From the IMG/VR virus record IMGVR_UViG_3300005533_000011: a DNA stretch of 20,000 nucleotides. One strand, 5' to 3'. This stretch comes from an uncultured virus (IMG/VR IMGVR_UViG_3300005533_000011) (lineage: Duplodnaviria > Heunggongvirae > Uroviricota > Caudoviricetes). Positions 1 through 7,916 of this stretch are shown in pieces (within the stretch, counting starts at the first letter, position 1; the number at the start of each line of letters is the position of its first letter). Below the pieces are notes generated by a model that ran no database searches, had not been told where the DNA came from, and saw only the letters and a list, made by a program, of their open reading frames with translations. The position numbers and the translations under genes were made by a program.

Positions 1-2
1 GC

Positions 3-191
3 GACCGGTGGACGATCGAGTGCGCACGGCCCGGTATCCAGCCGGAGAGGATCACCGGTTGCCGCTTCGACGACAAGCTGGAATTTCTGGCGAAGGCGAA
101 ACAGTTCGAAGGGCTTTACAGGGCGAAGATCATCGCGCTTCATCGCCGGGCGAAGGGTGTCCTCGAGACATACTTGAACGACGAAAAATAG
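3..191 (+). CDS. 3' end of hypothetical protein (partial, enters from left edge)
   Basis: Open frame DRWTIECARPG...YLNDEK ending at TAG 189-191; codon usage like its neighbours; followed by the SD of the next gene. Confidence 0.6.
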   Translation, partial: DRWTIECARPGIQPERITGCRFDDKLEFLAKAKQFEGLYRAKIIALHRRAKGVLETYLNDEK

Positions 192-212
192 TCACGCGCG
201 GAGGAGGGGAAA

Positions 213-755
213 ATGGATCCTGCCATCGAAGATCGACTCAAGAAGGGTGCGGTCGCGCTCGGGGAGTACTGGAGGGCCGGCGACCGCTGCATGACGGGGT
301 GGGGAGTCACGCCCACGGCGATCGCGGCCGGCGACGACCCCGAGAAGGCCGTCGAGCGCTGGGCCTGCTCCTGCGAGAAGAAGTCGAGATTCTGCAAGGC
401 GAAGGCGCTCTGGTTCAAGCTCTCCCTCATGGAGCTCCGGGAGGAATGCGATGGGGAGTACGCGATCGCGCTCATGATGACTGCCACCGAATGGGACCTC
501 ACCGGCCTCACGCTCAAGTATCCGATCAAACAACCGGCTCCCAACGGGAAGGTGATCAGCATAGGCCAGAAGTGCCGCATCACCATGTCGAGCATGCGCA
601 ATCTCATGAAAGCTTCAGAGACGCTGCCATCAGTGGTCGGGTTGATTGAGGCATTCCCGGGAGCCACGATCGAGTCGATTCTGGAACCGGAGGCGAAGCC
701 CGTCCCCGAGCTCGCGGCCGTCTCCGATGGTGGAGACGAGGTGCCGTTCGAATGA
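213..755 (+). CDS. hypothetical phage protein with acidic DEVPF-type C-terminal tail
   Basis: GGAGG upstream of ATG; stop overlaps the next start (ATGA); ends FPGATIE...DGGDEVPFE. Confidence 0.8.
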   Translation: MDPAIEDRLKKGAVALGEYWRAGDRCMTGWGVTPTAIAAGDDPEKAVERWACSCEKKSRFCKAKALWFKLSLMELREECDGEYAIALMMTATEWDLTGLTLKYPIKQPAPNGKVISIGQKCRITMSSMRNLMKASETLPSVVGLIEAFPGATIESILEPEAKPVPELAAVSDGGDEVPFE

Positions 756-1234
756 GCAAGCGGAGGCCCCAGGACGAGAGTCCCATGGAACGCATGAGGC
801 GGATCCATGCCGAGGCGATGAAGAAGTACGGCTGGTACGCCCACTACGTGCCCGGGGATACCACCTCGCCCACGGAGTTCAATGCCCATACCCATGGGTT
901 CATGGACACCTGGAAGCATCCCGACGTGCAGATCGTCGTCCCGATGCCCCAGGAAGTCGCTCACGGGGTCTTCTGGGCCGTGGTGGAACAGATCAAGGAG
1001 GGCAAGAAGTTCGAGCCCGGCACGGAGTATGCCGGCATTCTTGAGGGCTACAAGGTCCGCTTTGCCTGGGCCCGGGAGGGGAGCGAGACGCAGTTCAAGC
1101 CCGGTTCCCAAATCCAGATGGTCGGCCGTCCAGTGCTGCGCATCATCCTTCCGGACAAGGAGGGGCGCACCGCGAGGGAGACGATGGCGGAGCCCTACCT
1201 GATCCAGTGGGAAGGCACGGAGACCTGGAACTGA
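752..1234 (+). CDS. DUF4262-like protein
   Basis: GWYAHYV...AHTHGF...HPDVQIV...A.GVF..VVEQIKEGKKFEPG resembles the DUF4262 pattern; ATGA coupling. Confidence 0.65.
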   Translation: MSKRRPQDESPMERMRRIHAEAMKKYGWYAHYVPGDTTSPTEFNAHTHGFMDTWKHPDVQIVVPMPQEVAHGVFWAVVEQIKEGKKFEPGTEYAGILEGYKVRFAWAREGSETQFKPGSQIQMVGRPVLRIILPDKEGRTARETMAEPYLIQWEGTETWN

Positions 1235-1386
1235 TGAAGACCTTTCTCGTGGTGTACGAGTTCCAGTTCGGACGCTGGCGCCGGCGCTGCGGCCGCACCA
1301 TCGAGGCCCGGAGCGCCAAGGCGGCGCGGAAGGTCATCGAGTCCGAGAAAGGCCACAAGGTTCTCGCCGTATCCCGGACGGCCTAG
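1234..1386 (+). CDS. small basic hypothetical protein (50 aa, MKTFLVVYEF...)
   Basis: TGATG overlap with the upstream stop; fills the gap up to the promoter; below the ORF-track cutoff. Confidence 0.7.
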   Translation: MKTFLVVYEFQFGRWRRRCGRTIEARSAKAARKVIESEKGHKVLAVSRTA

Positions 1387-1397
1387 AAGATCCAATC

Positions 1398-1426
1398 TTG
1401 ACCGCTGTCTCGTTTACCGGTATACT
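1398..1426 (+). promoter_or_regulatory. sigma70-type promoter, probably leaderless transcript
   Basis: TTGACC-17 nt-TATACT; GTG start at 1433, 6 nt after the -10 box, with no SD. Confidence 0.75.
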
Positions 1427-1432
1427 TCCGGC

Positions 1433-1639
1433 GTGACAGGGCCGGAGAGACGCGATCCCAAGCGAATCGACCGCATCCTCGGAAAGATCCGCAAACACTG
1501 GGCGAAGTATCCCGACCTCCGGCTCCTGCAGCTGCTCCAGGACGTCACGGGGCCAAACTGCGTTCCCTACTACCTCGAGGACTCGGCGCTCGAGGAGATG
1601 CTTGATTCGAATTGTTTCGGAAAGGAAAAGGCCAAGTGA
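1433..1639 (+). CDS. YihD/DUF1040-like small phage protein
   Basis: RDPKRIDRIL..I...W.KYPDLRLLQLL...LED..L resembles the YihD-type W...PDL.L.Q.L motif. Confidence 0.65.
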   Translation: MTGPERRDPKRIDRILGKIRKHWAKYPDLRLLQLLQDVTGPNCVPYYLEDSALEEMLDSNCFGKEKAK

Positions 1640-2138
1640 CCCAAGGCATCATCGGCATCGATATCGGCGGCGTCATCATCGACAAGGCGAACGATGACCA
1701 GGACACGTCGCTCTTCCAGGAAAACTACCTGATGGCGACGGAAGTCGTCGGGGCGCGCGAGGCGATCAAGAAGCTTGCGGGCGAGAAGGCCTTCGGGCAG
1801 AGGATCTGGATCGTCTCCAAGTGCGGCGAGAAGATCGAGCGCCGGTCCCGCGAGTGGCTCCATCACAACGGCTTCGCCGAGTTCGTCCCGGAGTCCCGCT
1901 GGAAGTTCTGCCGCGACCGGAGCGAGAAGGCGGCCATCGCGAAAGAACTCCGACTGACCCTTTTTGTGATGACAAGCTCGAGGTTTTGCATTGGATGCAC
2001 GGCATCGTCCAGCACAGGATCCTCTTCCGGCCGTGGCTCGGCCAGATGAAGAACTGGATGGGGAAGTCGACGAACGGCGTCCAGATCTGGCTGGACTGGA
2101 ACGAGCTGGCGACCTTCCTCGAGGGCCAGAATGCCTAA
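1636..2138 (+). pseudogene. HAD-superfamily hydrolase split by a -1 frameshift at about 1960-1968 (pseudogene, recoding or sequence error)
   Basis: GTG 1636 frame gives IGIDIGGVI (motif I-like), IVSK and K...LTLFV; the -1 frame continues DDKLEVL...WNEL to TAA 2138, overlapping the next gene. Confidence 0.7.
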
Positions 2139-2562
2139 CCCCATGTTCGACGGCCCCGCGGCGCCGGCCCCGCTCCTCAGCGCCAATTTCGCCGGCGGCG
2201 AGCAATTCTGGAAGTTCTGGACGACCGGGAAGGTCCAGGCGGACGGGGATGTCCTCCGGTTCAAGATCTTCTCCAAACGCGTGCCCTCCGGACGGTTCGA
2301 GTTCGTCTGCGCAACCGACCTGGAAGACGGCCGGAAGGTTGTGTGGGGGGAAGGAGCATTCGAGTCCGACGCTGCCCTGGTGGCTTTCGCCGGCGGCGCG
2401 CGCGCCGCGCTCGTCCACCTCCTGGGCGACGAGATCAGCTTCGACCTGGTCGATTTCAGCACCTGCAGGACGTTTGAGCAGTGGAACTACAAGATGCGCG
2501 AATCGACGACGATCCGCATCTGGAGTTCTGACGACGGCGCCACCGTCAAGGGGGAGGCATGA
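2131..2562 (+). CDS. hypothetical protein
   Basis: GAGGG SD, coupled on both sides, natural composition. Confidence 0.75.
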   Translation: MPNPMFDGPAAPAPLLSANFAGGEQFWKFWTTGKVQADGDVLRFKIFSKRVPSGRFEFVCATDLEDGRKVVWGEGAFESDAALVAFAGGARAALVHLLGDEISFDLVDFSTCRTFEQWNYKMRESTTIRIWSSDDGATVKGEA

Positions 2563-2978
2563 CCCAGGAAGATCCCAAGAAGAAGCCCGTGGACTTGCTG
2601 TTCGCGCTGGAAGAACAGCGGCTCCGGCGGCGCCGCGAAGCGCTTGATCGCAAGTTCCAGACGACCATCCAGCACATCGATGACGTCGCCAAGGCGAACG
2701 AGGAATGCTACAAGGCGAAGAAGGCGATCGCCGAGACCGCCAAGGGCAATCCTCCGCCCATTCCCCCTCCGCCGCCCGTTGGCGCACCGCTCCAGGCCCC
2801 GCCGAAACCGCTTCCCGCACCTCAGCCTGCGGCGCCTCCACCGCTGGGGGCTCTTCGGTCTCCGTGGCCTCGGGGAACTCCCCTGCTCAGGCCGCTGGTC
2901 AGGCCACAAACACCTCCGCCGACCATCCCGGTCTCGAAACCAAAACCGAAGGCGAAGGCGAAGAGGAAGAAGAAATGA
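2559..2978 (+). CDS. hypothetical protein: N-terminal coiled coil, Pro-rich middle, Lys-rich tail
   Basis: GGAGG SD, ATGA overlaps at both ends; PPPIPPPPP... and KPKPKAKAKRKKK. Confidence 0.7.
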   Translation: MTQEDPKKKPVDLLFALEEQRLRRRREALDRKFQTTIQHIDDVAKANEECYKAKKAIAETAKGNPPPIPPPPPVGAPLQAPPKPLPAPQPAAPPPLGALRSPWPRGTPLLRPLVRPQTPPPTIPVSKPKPKAKAKRKKK

Positions 2979-3163
2979 TGCCTCCCGAAGTCTGCAAGAA
3001 GACGGACCGCTGCACGCGCGAGGCCCGGCACGAAGGACCTTGCCATTCTCAGCCGGTGCTACGGGCGCAGACGCTGCCGTGGGGTTGGTCCTATGGGAAG
3101 CATGCCACGGGAGATCTGCCGTCGCCGACGTACCCGAACCCGCCAAACAACTTCAGAGGCTGA
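2975..3163 (+). CDS. small Cys/His hypothetical protein
   Basis: ATGA overlap; C-x5-C-x5-HEGPC. Confidence 0.55.
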   Translation: MMPPEVCKKTDRCTREARHEGPCHSQPVLRAQTLPWGWSYGKHATGDLPSPTYPNPPNNFRG

Positions 3164-3166
3164 TCG

Positions 3167-3397
3167 ATGTTGACGCCCCCAAGGCCATGGCCCCAGCCTG
3201 GCTTCGACGCGGACAAATACGGGTTCTACTGGTGCCCCGACTGCCTAGGAAGCAAGAGGATCGGGGTCAGGGAGGTCCCGAAATTCGGCTACCTCGTCCT
3301 CGAGCCCGGACAGGGACCATGCCGGAAATGCTTTGGGAAAGGAATGATTGTGGTTTCGAAAGGGCTCAAGGTCCCCGGGATGAAGGAACCGGAATGA
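3167..3397 (+). CDS. small protein with DnaJ-type zinc-finger repeats
   Basis: CPDCLGSK and CRKCFGKG. Confidence 0.65.
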   Translation: MLTPPRPWPQPGFDADKYGFYWCPDCLGSKRIGVREVPKFGYLVLEPGQGPCRKCFGKGMIVVSKGLKVPGMKEPE

Positions 3398-3570
3398 ACG
3401 ATCGGAAGCCGCGCGCGAAAATCGACGAGATCCGCGCGGTCATCGGAGAGCTCCTGGTCCGCGCGATCGGGGATTCGGAACAGGATGCCGAACAGGGGTG
3501 CCGGCCCGAGGAGGTCGTCCTCCATCTGACCTACGACGAGGCCCGGATGCTCGAGAAGCTGTTGAAATAA
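3394..3570 (+). CDS. hypothetical protein (58 aa, MNDRKPRAKIDEI...)
   Basis: AAGGA SD, ATGA overlap; 3' part of track ORF 2644..3570. Confidence 0.65.
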   Translation: MNDRKPRAKIDEIRAVIGELLVRAIGDSEQDAEQGCRPEEVVLHLTYDEARMLEKLLK

Positions 3571-3576
3571 GAGGAG

Positions 3577-3828
3577 ATGTCCATGCCCGAAAAGCTGGTG
3601 GTGGAGGGGACTGTCGGGGACGACAAACTCGAAAGTCCGTTCCTGCATACGAAACCGCCGAAGGCGAACTCCCAGACCGGCTACTATGGCGACGACCTGC
3701 TCATCAACTTCGTCGGGAAGCGCATTCGCGTGACGATCGAGGTCCTCGACGCCGACGAGGATTGCCCGCCTCCCACGGATGCCGATGGTCGCAGGCCCAT
3801 GCCGGAAGGCGGCAGCAAGGACTGGTGA
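3577..3828 (+). CDS. hypothetical protein
   Basis: GAGGAG SD (start may be ATG 3583); TGATG overlap downstream. Confidence 0.7.
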   Translation: MSMPEKLVVEGTVGDDKLESPFLHTKPPKANSQTGYYGDDLLINFVGKRIRVTIEVLDADEDCPPPTDADGRRPMPEGGSKDW

Positions 3829-4001
3829 TGGACCGGATCGAAGAATTCGCGGCTTCCGTCGAGCGGTTTCTGGCGCTTCCCGTGGAGGAGCAGCGCCGCT
3901 TGATCGCGGAGGCCGGGAAGAAGGCGGCAGAAATCTCGGAGCGATTCGAGAGGTCGCTCCGAGTCGACCAGGCCGACCTGACCCGCCCCATGACGATCTG
4001 A
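3828..4001 (+). CDS. hypothetical helical protein (MDRIEEFAAS...)
   Basis: AAGGA SD, TGATG overlap. Confidence 0.65.
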   Translation: MDRIEEFAASVERFLALPVEEQRRLIAEAGKKAAEISERFERSLRVDQADLTRPMTI

Positions 4002-4008
4002 GGGTGAT

Positions 4009-4302
4009 ATGAGCTCATCGTACAAGTGCGCATCCTGCGGCGTCTCGTGCGGGATGATGGGCCACGGGAAGTGCGAGAAGGGCGAAGAAAACTATAGGCT
4101 TGGGGCGGCCGGGCTGCCGCGTCGCTGGCATTATGGCTTCGAGATTCCCCCGGATGAGTCCGTCGCCGACATCCTTGAGGACCTCGGCCTGGATCGCACC
4201 GCCGAGAACGATCCTGCCGTGCTTCGCCAGGCTGTCGTGAAGCTCAGGCGCGAGGTGACCTTGAGCCAATTCGAAAGCACCAGGATCTCCGAGGACGAGT
4301 GA
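4009..4302 (+). CDS. hypothetical protein with N-terminal Cys/His cluster
   Basis: GAGGG SD; CASCGVSC...H..C. Confidence 0.65.
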   Translation: MSSSYKCASCGVSCGMMGHGKCEKGEENYRLGAAGLPRRWHYGFEIPPDESVADILEDLGLDRTAENDPAVLRQAVVKLRREVTLSQFESTRISEDE

Positions 4303-4308
4303 AGCCCC

Positions 4309-4656
4309 ATGAAACAGGTGACGCTCTACGTCTGCGAGATCTGCGGGACCGAATGGCGTGACAAGGATCTGGCCGCTCGGTGCGAGGCCCGCGGCACGCC
4401 GGCCAAGAAGGTCCCGTGGGAGATCGGCGGCGAGGTCAAGCTCAAGAACCGGAACAAAGGCTACACGCTTGCGGTCGTCAAGGGCGCGCGGGTCGCCAAT
4501 TTCTCGGACCTCGCGCACGAATGGATGCTCGAACTCGACCGCCAGGTCTATCTCGACCACGCCTGGGATGACCAGACCGACCAGGTATTCGAGCTCTACG
4601 TCCTTTCTCCGGAGAGGGCGGCCGGCATGGAGCGGATGGACAACCATTCGGATTGA
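4309..4656 (+). CDS. hypothetical protein with N-terminal CxxC
   Basis: YVCEICG...A..CE; tiles with its neighbours. Confidence 0.75.
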   Translation: MKQVTLYVCEICGTEWRDKDLAARCEARGTPAKKVPWEIGGEVKLKNRNKGYTLAVVKGARVANFSDLAHEWMLELDRQVYLDHAWDDQTDQVFELYVLSPERAAGMERMDNHSD

Positions 4657-4658
4657 AT

Positions 4659-4991
4659 ATGAAGATCCCGAAGAAAGACGGCACGACCAAGCCCAAGGAC
4701 GACAGCTGCGACAACTGGGAGGACATCCGCTGCGACAAGTGCGGCAAGTCCTGCCGTGACTCCAGCGGCATGAACTTCGAGTACGCCCACGTTACGTCGC
4801 ACTGGGGATTCGGGTCCCGGAAGGACGGCGAAAAGCATGAAGCGCAGATCTGCGAAGACTGCTACGACGCCCTCGGGCTCAAACCCTTCATCAAGGACTA
4901 CCTCTTCGACGGCGACGTGTGCGGCTGCGGGAAGGGGAACACCCCGTCGCCGGACGGGATATGCATGGTCCACGGGGGAAGCGCCCAATGA
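4659..4991 (+). CDS. zinc-finger phage protein
   Basis: CDKCGK...WGFGS.KDG...ICEDCY; start ATG 4659 or TTG 4653. Confidence 0.75.
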   Translation: MKIPKKDGTTKPKDDSCDNWEDIRCDKCGKSCRDSSGMNFEYAHVTSHWGFGSRKDGEKHEAQICEDCYDALGLKPFIKDYLFDGDVCGCGKGNTPSPDGICMVHGGSAQ

Positions 4992-5458
4992 CCCACGAAG
5001 AAGGCCTTCCGTTCCTGAAGACGCTCGAGGAAGCGACCGCCCTCAAGCAGACGCTCGTCGAGGACCTTCAGCGGGTGCAACTGGAGCTCTCCAACAAGAA
5101 CGCGAAGGGCTTCGATGGGCGCAGGATGTATTCCCGGGATTATCATGAGTGGAGGCAGGGGCGCCTGGAGACGATCAGCATCCTCCAGCGGAAGATCCAG
5201 CACATCAAGAACTGGATCCGTCACCAAAGCAATCTCAGCCGCGTCGACAGGGAGCCTCCGCCGGCGAACCGCGTCCGTTCCCTCGAGCTGCTCTTCCGGC
5301 GCGTGAAGTCGTACATCGAGTACAACGACCAGAAGGGCAACGGGCAGTGGAACATCGAAGAAGCCGACCAGCGCTGGGGCCACATCCTGGATGCCGTGAG
5401 CGATATTGAAAGAAGCAGCGAGCCAGCGGCGCCGACTTCCGGAAATGGGACCGCATGA
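4988..5458 (+). CDS. hypothetical coiled-coil protein (MTHEEGLPF...)
   Basis: ATGA overlaps at both ends, GGGGGA SD. Confidence 0.75.
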   Translation: MTHEEGLPFLKTLEEATALKQTLVEDLQRVQLELSNKNAKGFDGRRMYSRDYHEWRQGRLETISILQRKIQHIKNWIRHQSNLSRVDREPPPANRVRSLELLFRRVKSYIEYNDQKGNGQWNIEEADQRWGHILDAVSDIERSSEPAAPTSGNGTA

Positions 5459-5721
5459 AGGGCGGATGCACCCACGGCACCCACACTTCCCATACCGTCA
5501 AGGACGAGGGGAAATGGATCTGCTCGGTCTGCAAGCGGAAGTTCGAATGGAACGATCATTCCAGGTATTACGGCGCCCCGGAGTGCGGGAAGTGCGGCCT
5601 GCCCGTCATCCACGCGGTGGCGTGTTCGGATGCCTGCCAGAAGAAGATCGTCATCAGGCGCGGGAAGGTCGTGAGCCCGGCGCCGCCCACCGAAACCATT
5701 TCCTTCGAGGAGCGGAAATGA
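5455..5721 (+). CDS. Cys-rich zinc-binding protein
   Basis: CSVC, CGKC, CSDAC; ATGA overlaps. Confidence 0.7.
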   Translation: MKGGCTHGTHTSHTVKDEGKWICSVCKRKFEWNDHSRYYGAPECGKCGLPVIHAVACSDACQKKIVIRRGKVVSPAPPTETISFEERK

Positions 5722-5876
5722 GCAAGTACATCGCGCTCGCATGCGACTTCGGCGCCCATTCGGAGTGTGAGGGCGGCGATCCGGACGAGATTGGGGATTA
5801 CGGGACGCGCTACGGCTGGAACGAGTGCAAGTGTCCGTGCCATAAAACGGAGAAGCCCGCCCCTCAGAAGCCGTGA
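5718..5876 (+). CDS. small Cys-rich protein (MSKYIALACDF...CKCPCH)
   Basis: GAGGAG SD, ATGA overlap. Confidence 0.65.
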   Translation: MSKYIALACDFGAHSECEGGDPDEIGDYGTRYGWNECKCPCHKTEKPAPQKP

Positions 5877-5921
5877 ATGGCTTTCCCCGGCTGGCTGTGA
5901 TACAGTTTGCCTGGGGAAACA

Positions 5922-6356
5922 ATGAAACAGCCGTCACCGCTGGTTTGGCAGTCAAGCCTTTCCGAAGCCTCCGTCATCGTCTCGGAATGGAAGCAACGGG
6001 GCTTGGCTGGCGTGCTCTGCCCCGCGACGAATGCCAAGCTGCTCTACCCTCCGGAACTGCCGGCGCTCTATCTTACGGTCGAAGATTCCACGAACGTTCC
6101 GCCGGCCTGGTACGACCTGGCTGTCGAGTTTCACAAGAATCACCGGCCGACCCTCGTCCACTGCTTGGCCGGCCAGAACCGCTCTGTCATCTTCGGCGCC
6201 GCGCTCCTCTTTGCGGGCGGAATGGACCTGAACCAGGCGCTCAAGTCGCTCGCGACCGTGCCCGTCTGCAATTCGATCCTGCAGTCGCTTATCCGCTGGG
6301 CGTCGTCCAAGGGCTGGCGTGGAGAGGTAACGATCCCCAGGGATATGAGCAGGTAG
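5922..6356 (+). CDS. dual-specificity/protein-tyrosine phosphatase family (CX5R)
   Basis: LVHCLAGQNRS signature; upstream VED general-acid loop; ATG 5922 after GGGGA. Confidence 0.85.
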   Translation: MKQPSPLVWQSSLSEASVIVSEWKQRGLAGVLCPATNAKLLYPPELPALYLTVEDSTNVPPAWYDLAVEFHKNHRPTLVHCLAGQNRSVIFGAALLFAGGMDLNQALKSLATVPVCNSILQSLIRWASSKGWRGEVTIPRDMSR

Positions 6357-6360
6357 AGCG

Positions 6361-6783
6361 ATGCCGTACTACCACTGCACGAAAGCCGAGTACGCCAGCC
6401 TGATCGAGACGGGCGGCTTCGTCACCGATTATTCCTGGGAGTCGTTCAAGCGCTACGCCAACCTGTACGCCTCGCTCTATGGACGAAGGACACGAGAGCG
6501 GATCTCCATGATCCAGCAATTCTTCGAAGATGCGGAGCGCCATGGGAATGCCGAGGAGGCGGACCGTTGGAGACCCGAGCTCGAGGCCTTCAGGGAACGA
6601 TGGCTGAAGAAATGGGGCAAGGGCACCATCATCTGGGTATCGGACAAGGAGCCGCTGACGATGTTCGGCGACGCCTGCTTCGAAGTTAGGAAGCCTCCCG
6701 GCACGAAGATCACCATGTACGGAAGTCTCTGGTGGGTGCCGAAATCCCCGATCCCTCCGCGATATTTCAAGAGGATCTCCTAA
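6361..6783 (+). CDS. putative ADP-ribosyltransferase-fold (Tpt1/KptA NAD-binding-like) protein
   Basis: YYHCT...LIETGGF ... IWVS...FG...FEV ... WWV...IPPRYF parallels the YHGT/GL/VHLS/VWL..VPP.Y pattern. Confidence 0.5.
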   Translation: MPYYHCTKAEYASLIETGGFVTDYSWESFKRYANLYASLYGRRTRERISMIQQFFEDAERHGNAEEADRWRPELEAFRERWLKKWGKGTIIWVSDKEPLTMFGDACFEVRKPPGTKITMYGSLWWVPKSPIPPRYFKRIS

Positions 6784-7016
6784 TGCCGATGTACCAGGTG
6801 GTCCAGATCGATACCGAGACGGGGAGAAGTACCGGGCGGAAAGTCTGGTTCTTGGCTAAGAACGTGAAGGAAGTGGCGTCGAATCTCCTGTATTACGGGA
6901 AGCTGAAGCATAAGGGCTGCAAGTTGGGTCCCACAGGACGCGTGATGGCCAACTGCGGCGACGGCACGTCCTGGGTCATCACCTGGAAGAAGAGAGAACG
7001 GAAGAAGAAGCGGTGA
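6783..7016 (+). CDS. small basic hypothetical protein (MPMYQVVQID...)
   Basis: GAGGA SD, TAATG overlap. Confidence 0.7.
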   Translation: MPMYQVVQIDTETGRSTGRKVWFLAKNVKEVASNLLYYGKLKHKGCKLGPTGRVMANCGDGTSWVITWKKRERKKKR

Positions 7017-7345
7017 ACGAGCAGGAGGCCCTCGAGGAGCTGATCCGCGGGTGGAACGCCCTGGGCGTCGACGTCGACGCTTATCTTGACGAGAAGTCGC
7101 GGACTATCAAGCTCGCAAGGCTTGTCGTGCCCAAGGAGCAGGGGATCGGGTCGAAGGTGATGGAAGACTTGGCTGCGTTGGCCGATGAGTTCGGCCTCAC
7201 GATCGCCCTCAGCCCTTCGACGGACTTCGGGGCAAGTTCCGTCGACCGCCTGCGGCGCTTCTACCAACGTTTCGGCTTCGTCAGGAACCGTGGGCGCCAC
7301 AAGGATTGGCAGATCTACGAGTCGATGTACCGGCCTCCGCGGTAA
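7013..7345 (+). CDS. GNAT-family N-acetyltransferase
   Basis: QGIGSKVM acetyl-CoA motif A; L.RFYQRFGF motif B. Confidence 0.85.
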   Translation: MNEQEALEELIRGWNALGVDVDAYLDEKSRTIKLARLVVPKEQGIGSKVMEDLAALADEFGLTIALSPSTDFGASSVDRLRRFYQRFGFVRNRGRHKDWQIYESMYRPPR

Positions 7346-7371
7346 AATAACCAGCAGTTGAGGAGTTCGCC

Positions 7372-7602
7372 ATGTCGACCGCGATCGCCGAGCCGGTCCT
7401 CGTTCCGGAAACGGGTCCCATGATCTGCCGGCGCGGAACCGGCGAGCGGTCTTGCTGCCAGGGCCGGCCGATCCCGACGTGCGACGGGATCCTCGTCCCC
7501 GCCAGGATCGGGCAGAGGGACATGTTCATGTGCTCGAAATGCAACCTCACGCACGACAAGGTCATGGTCAACGGGAAACCACACTACGGCGCAGTCCTCT
7601 AG
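7372..7602 (+). CDS. zinc-ribbon-like small protein
   Basis: GAGGAG SD; C...CDG.L...FMCSKC. Confidence 0.65.
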   Translation: MSTAIAEPVLVPETGPMICRRGTGERSCCQGRPIPTCDGILVPARIGQRDMFMCSKCNLTHDKVMVNGKPHYGAVL

Positions 7603-7608
7603 TTTCTC

Positions 7609-7637
7609 TTGACATTGACCCTTAGACCCGGTTTACT
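7609..7637 (+). promoter_or_regulatory. sigma70-like promoter, probably leaderless
   Basis: TTGACA-17 nt-TTTACT; ATG 7645 lies 7 nt downstream with no SD; the -10 box is imperfect. Confidence 0.55.
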
Positions 7638-7644
7638 TCTCTCC

Positions 7645-7908
7645 ATGAACGAGTCAGCGGTCATCACGCCCGTCGATGTCGAACAAGCCAATATCGCGGC
7701 CTACGAACGCGTCTTTCGGAAGTGCATGGCCGCAGCCGACCGCATCCTGGCAGACAATCCTCAGGGCCGGGTCACGGGGGACCTCGTGGACCTCTCGAAG
7801 GCGCTCTTCGAACGGTTCTACTCCGACCAGGCCACGATCACGCAAGCCCAGAAGAACGCCGAGGCCATGGTCAAGAGCATGACCGCGATCATGGAAAGCC
7901 GGAGGTAG
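7645..7908 (+). CDS. hypothetical helical protein (MNESAVITP...)
   Basis: ATG just after the promoter; the track's TTG start at 7609 is the -35 box. Confidence 0.7.
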   Translation: MNESAVITPVDVEQANIAAYERVFRKCMAAADRILADNPQGRVTGDLVDLSKALFERFYSDQATITQAQKNAEAMVKSMTAIMESRR

Positions 7909-7916
7909 GTCGAACG

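Noticed and set aside
2740..2975. C-rich low-complexity tract as a DNA repeat
   Set aside because: Explained by Pro- and Lys/Ala-rich coding sequence
5873..6403. 176-aa ORF starting at a GTGA overlap
   Set aside because: Overlaps the phosphatase frame, which carries the CX5R motif; Arg-rich off-frame composition
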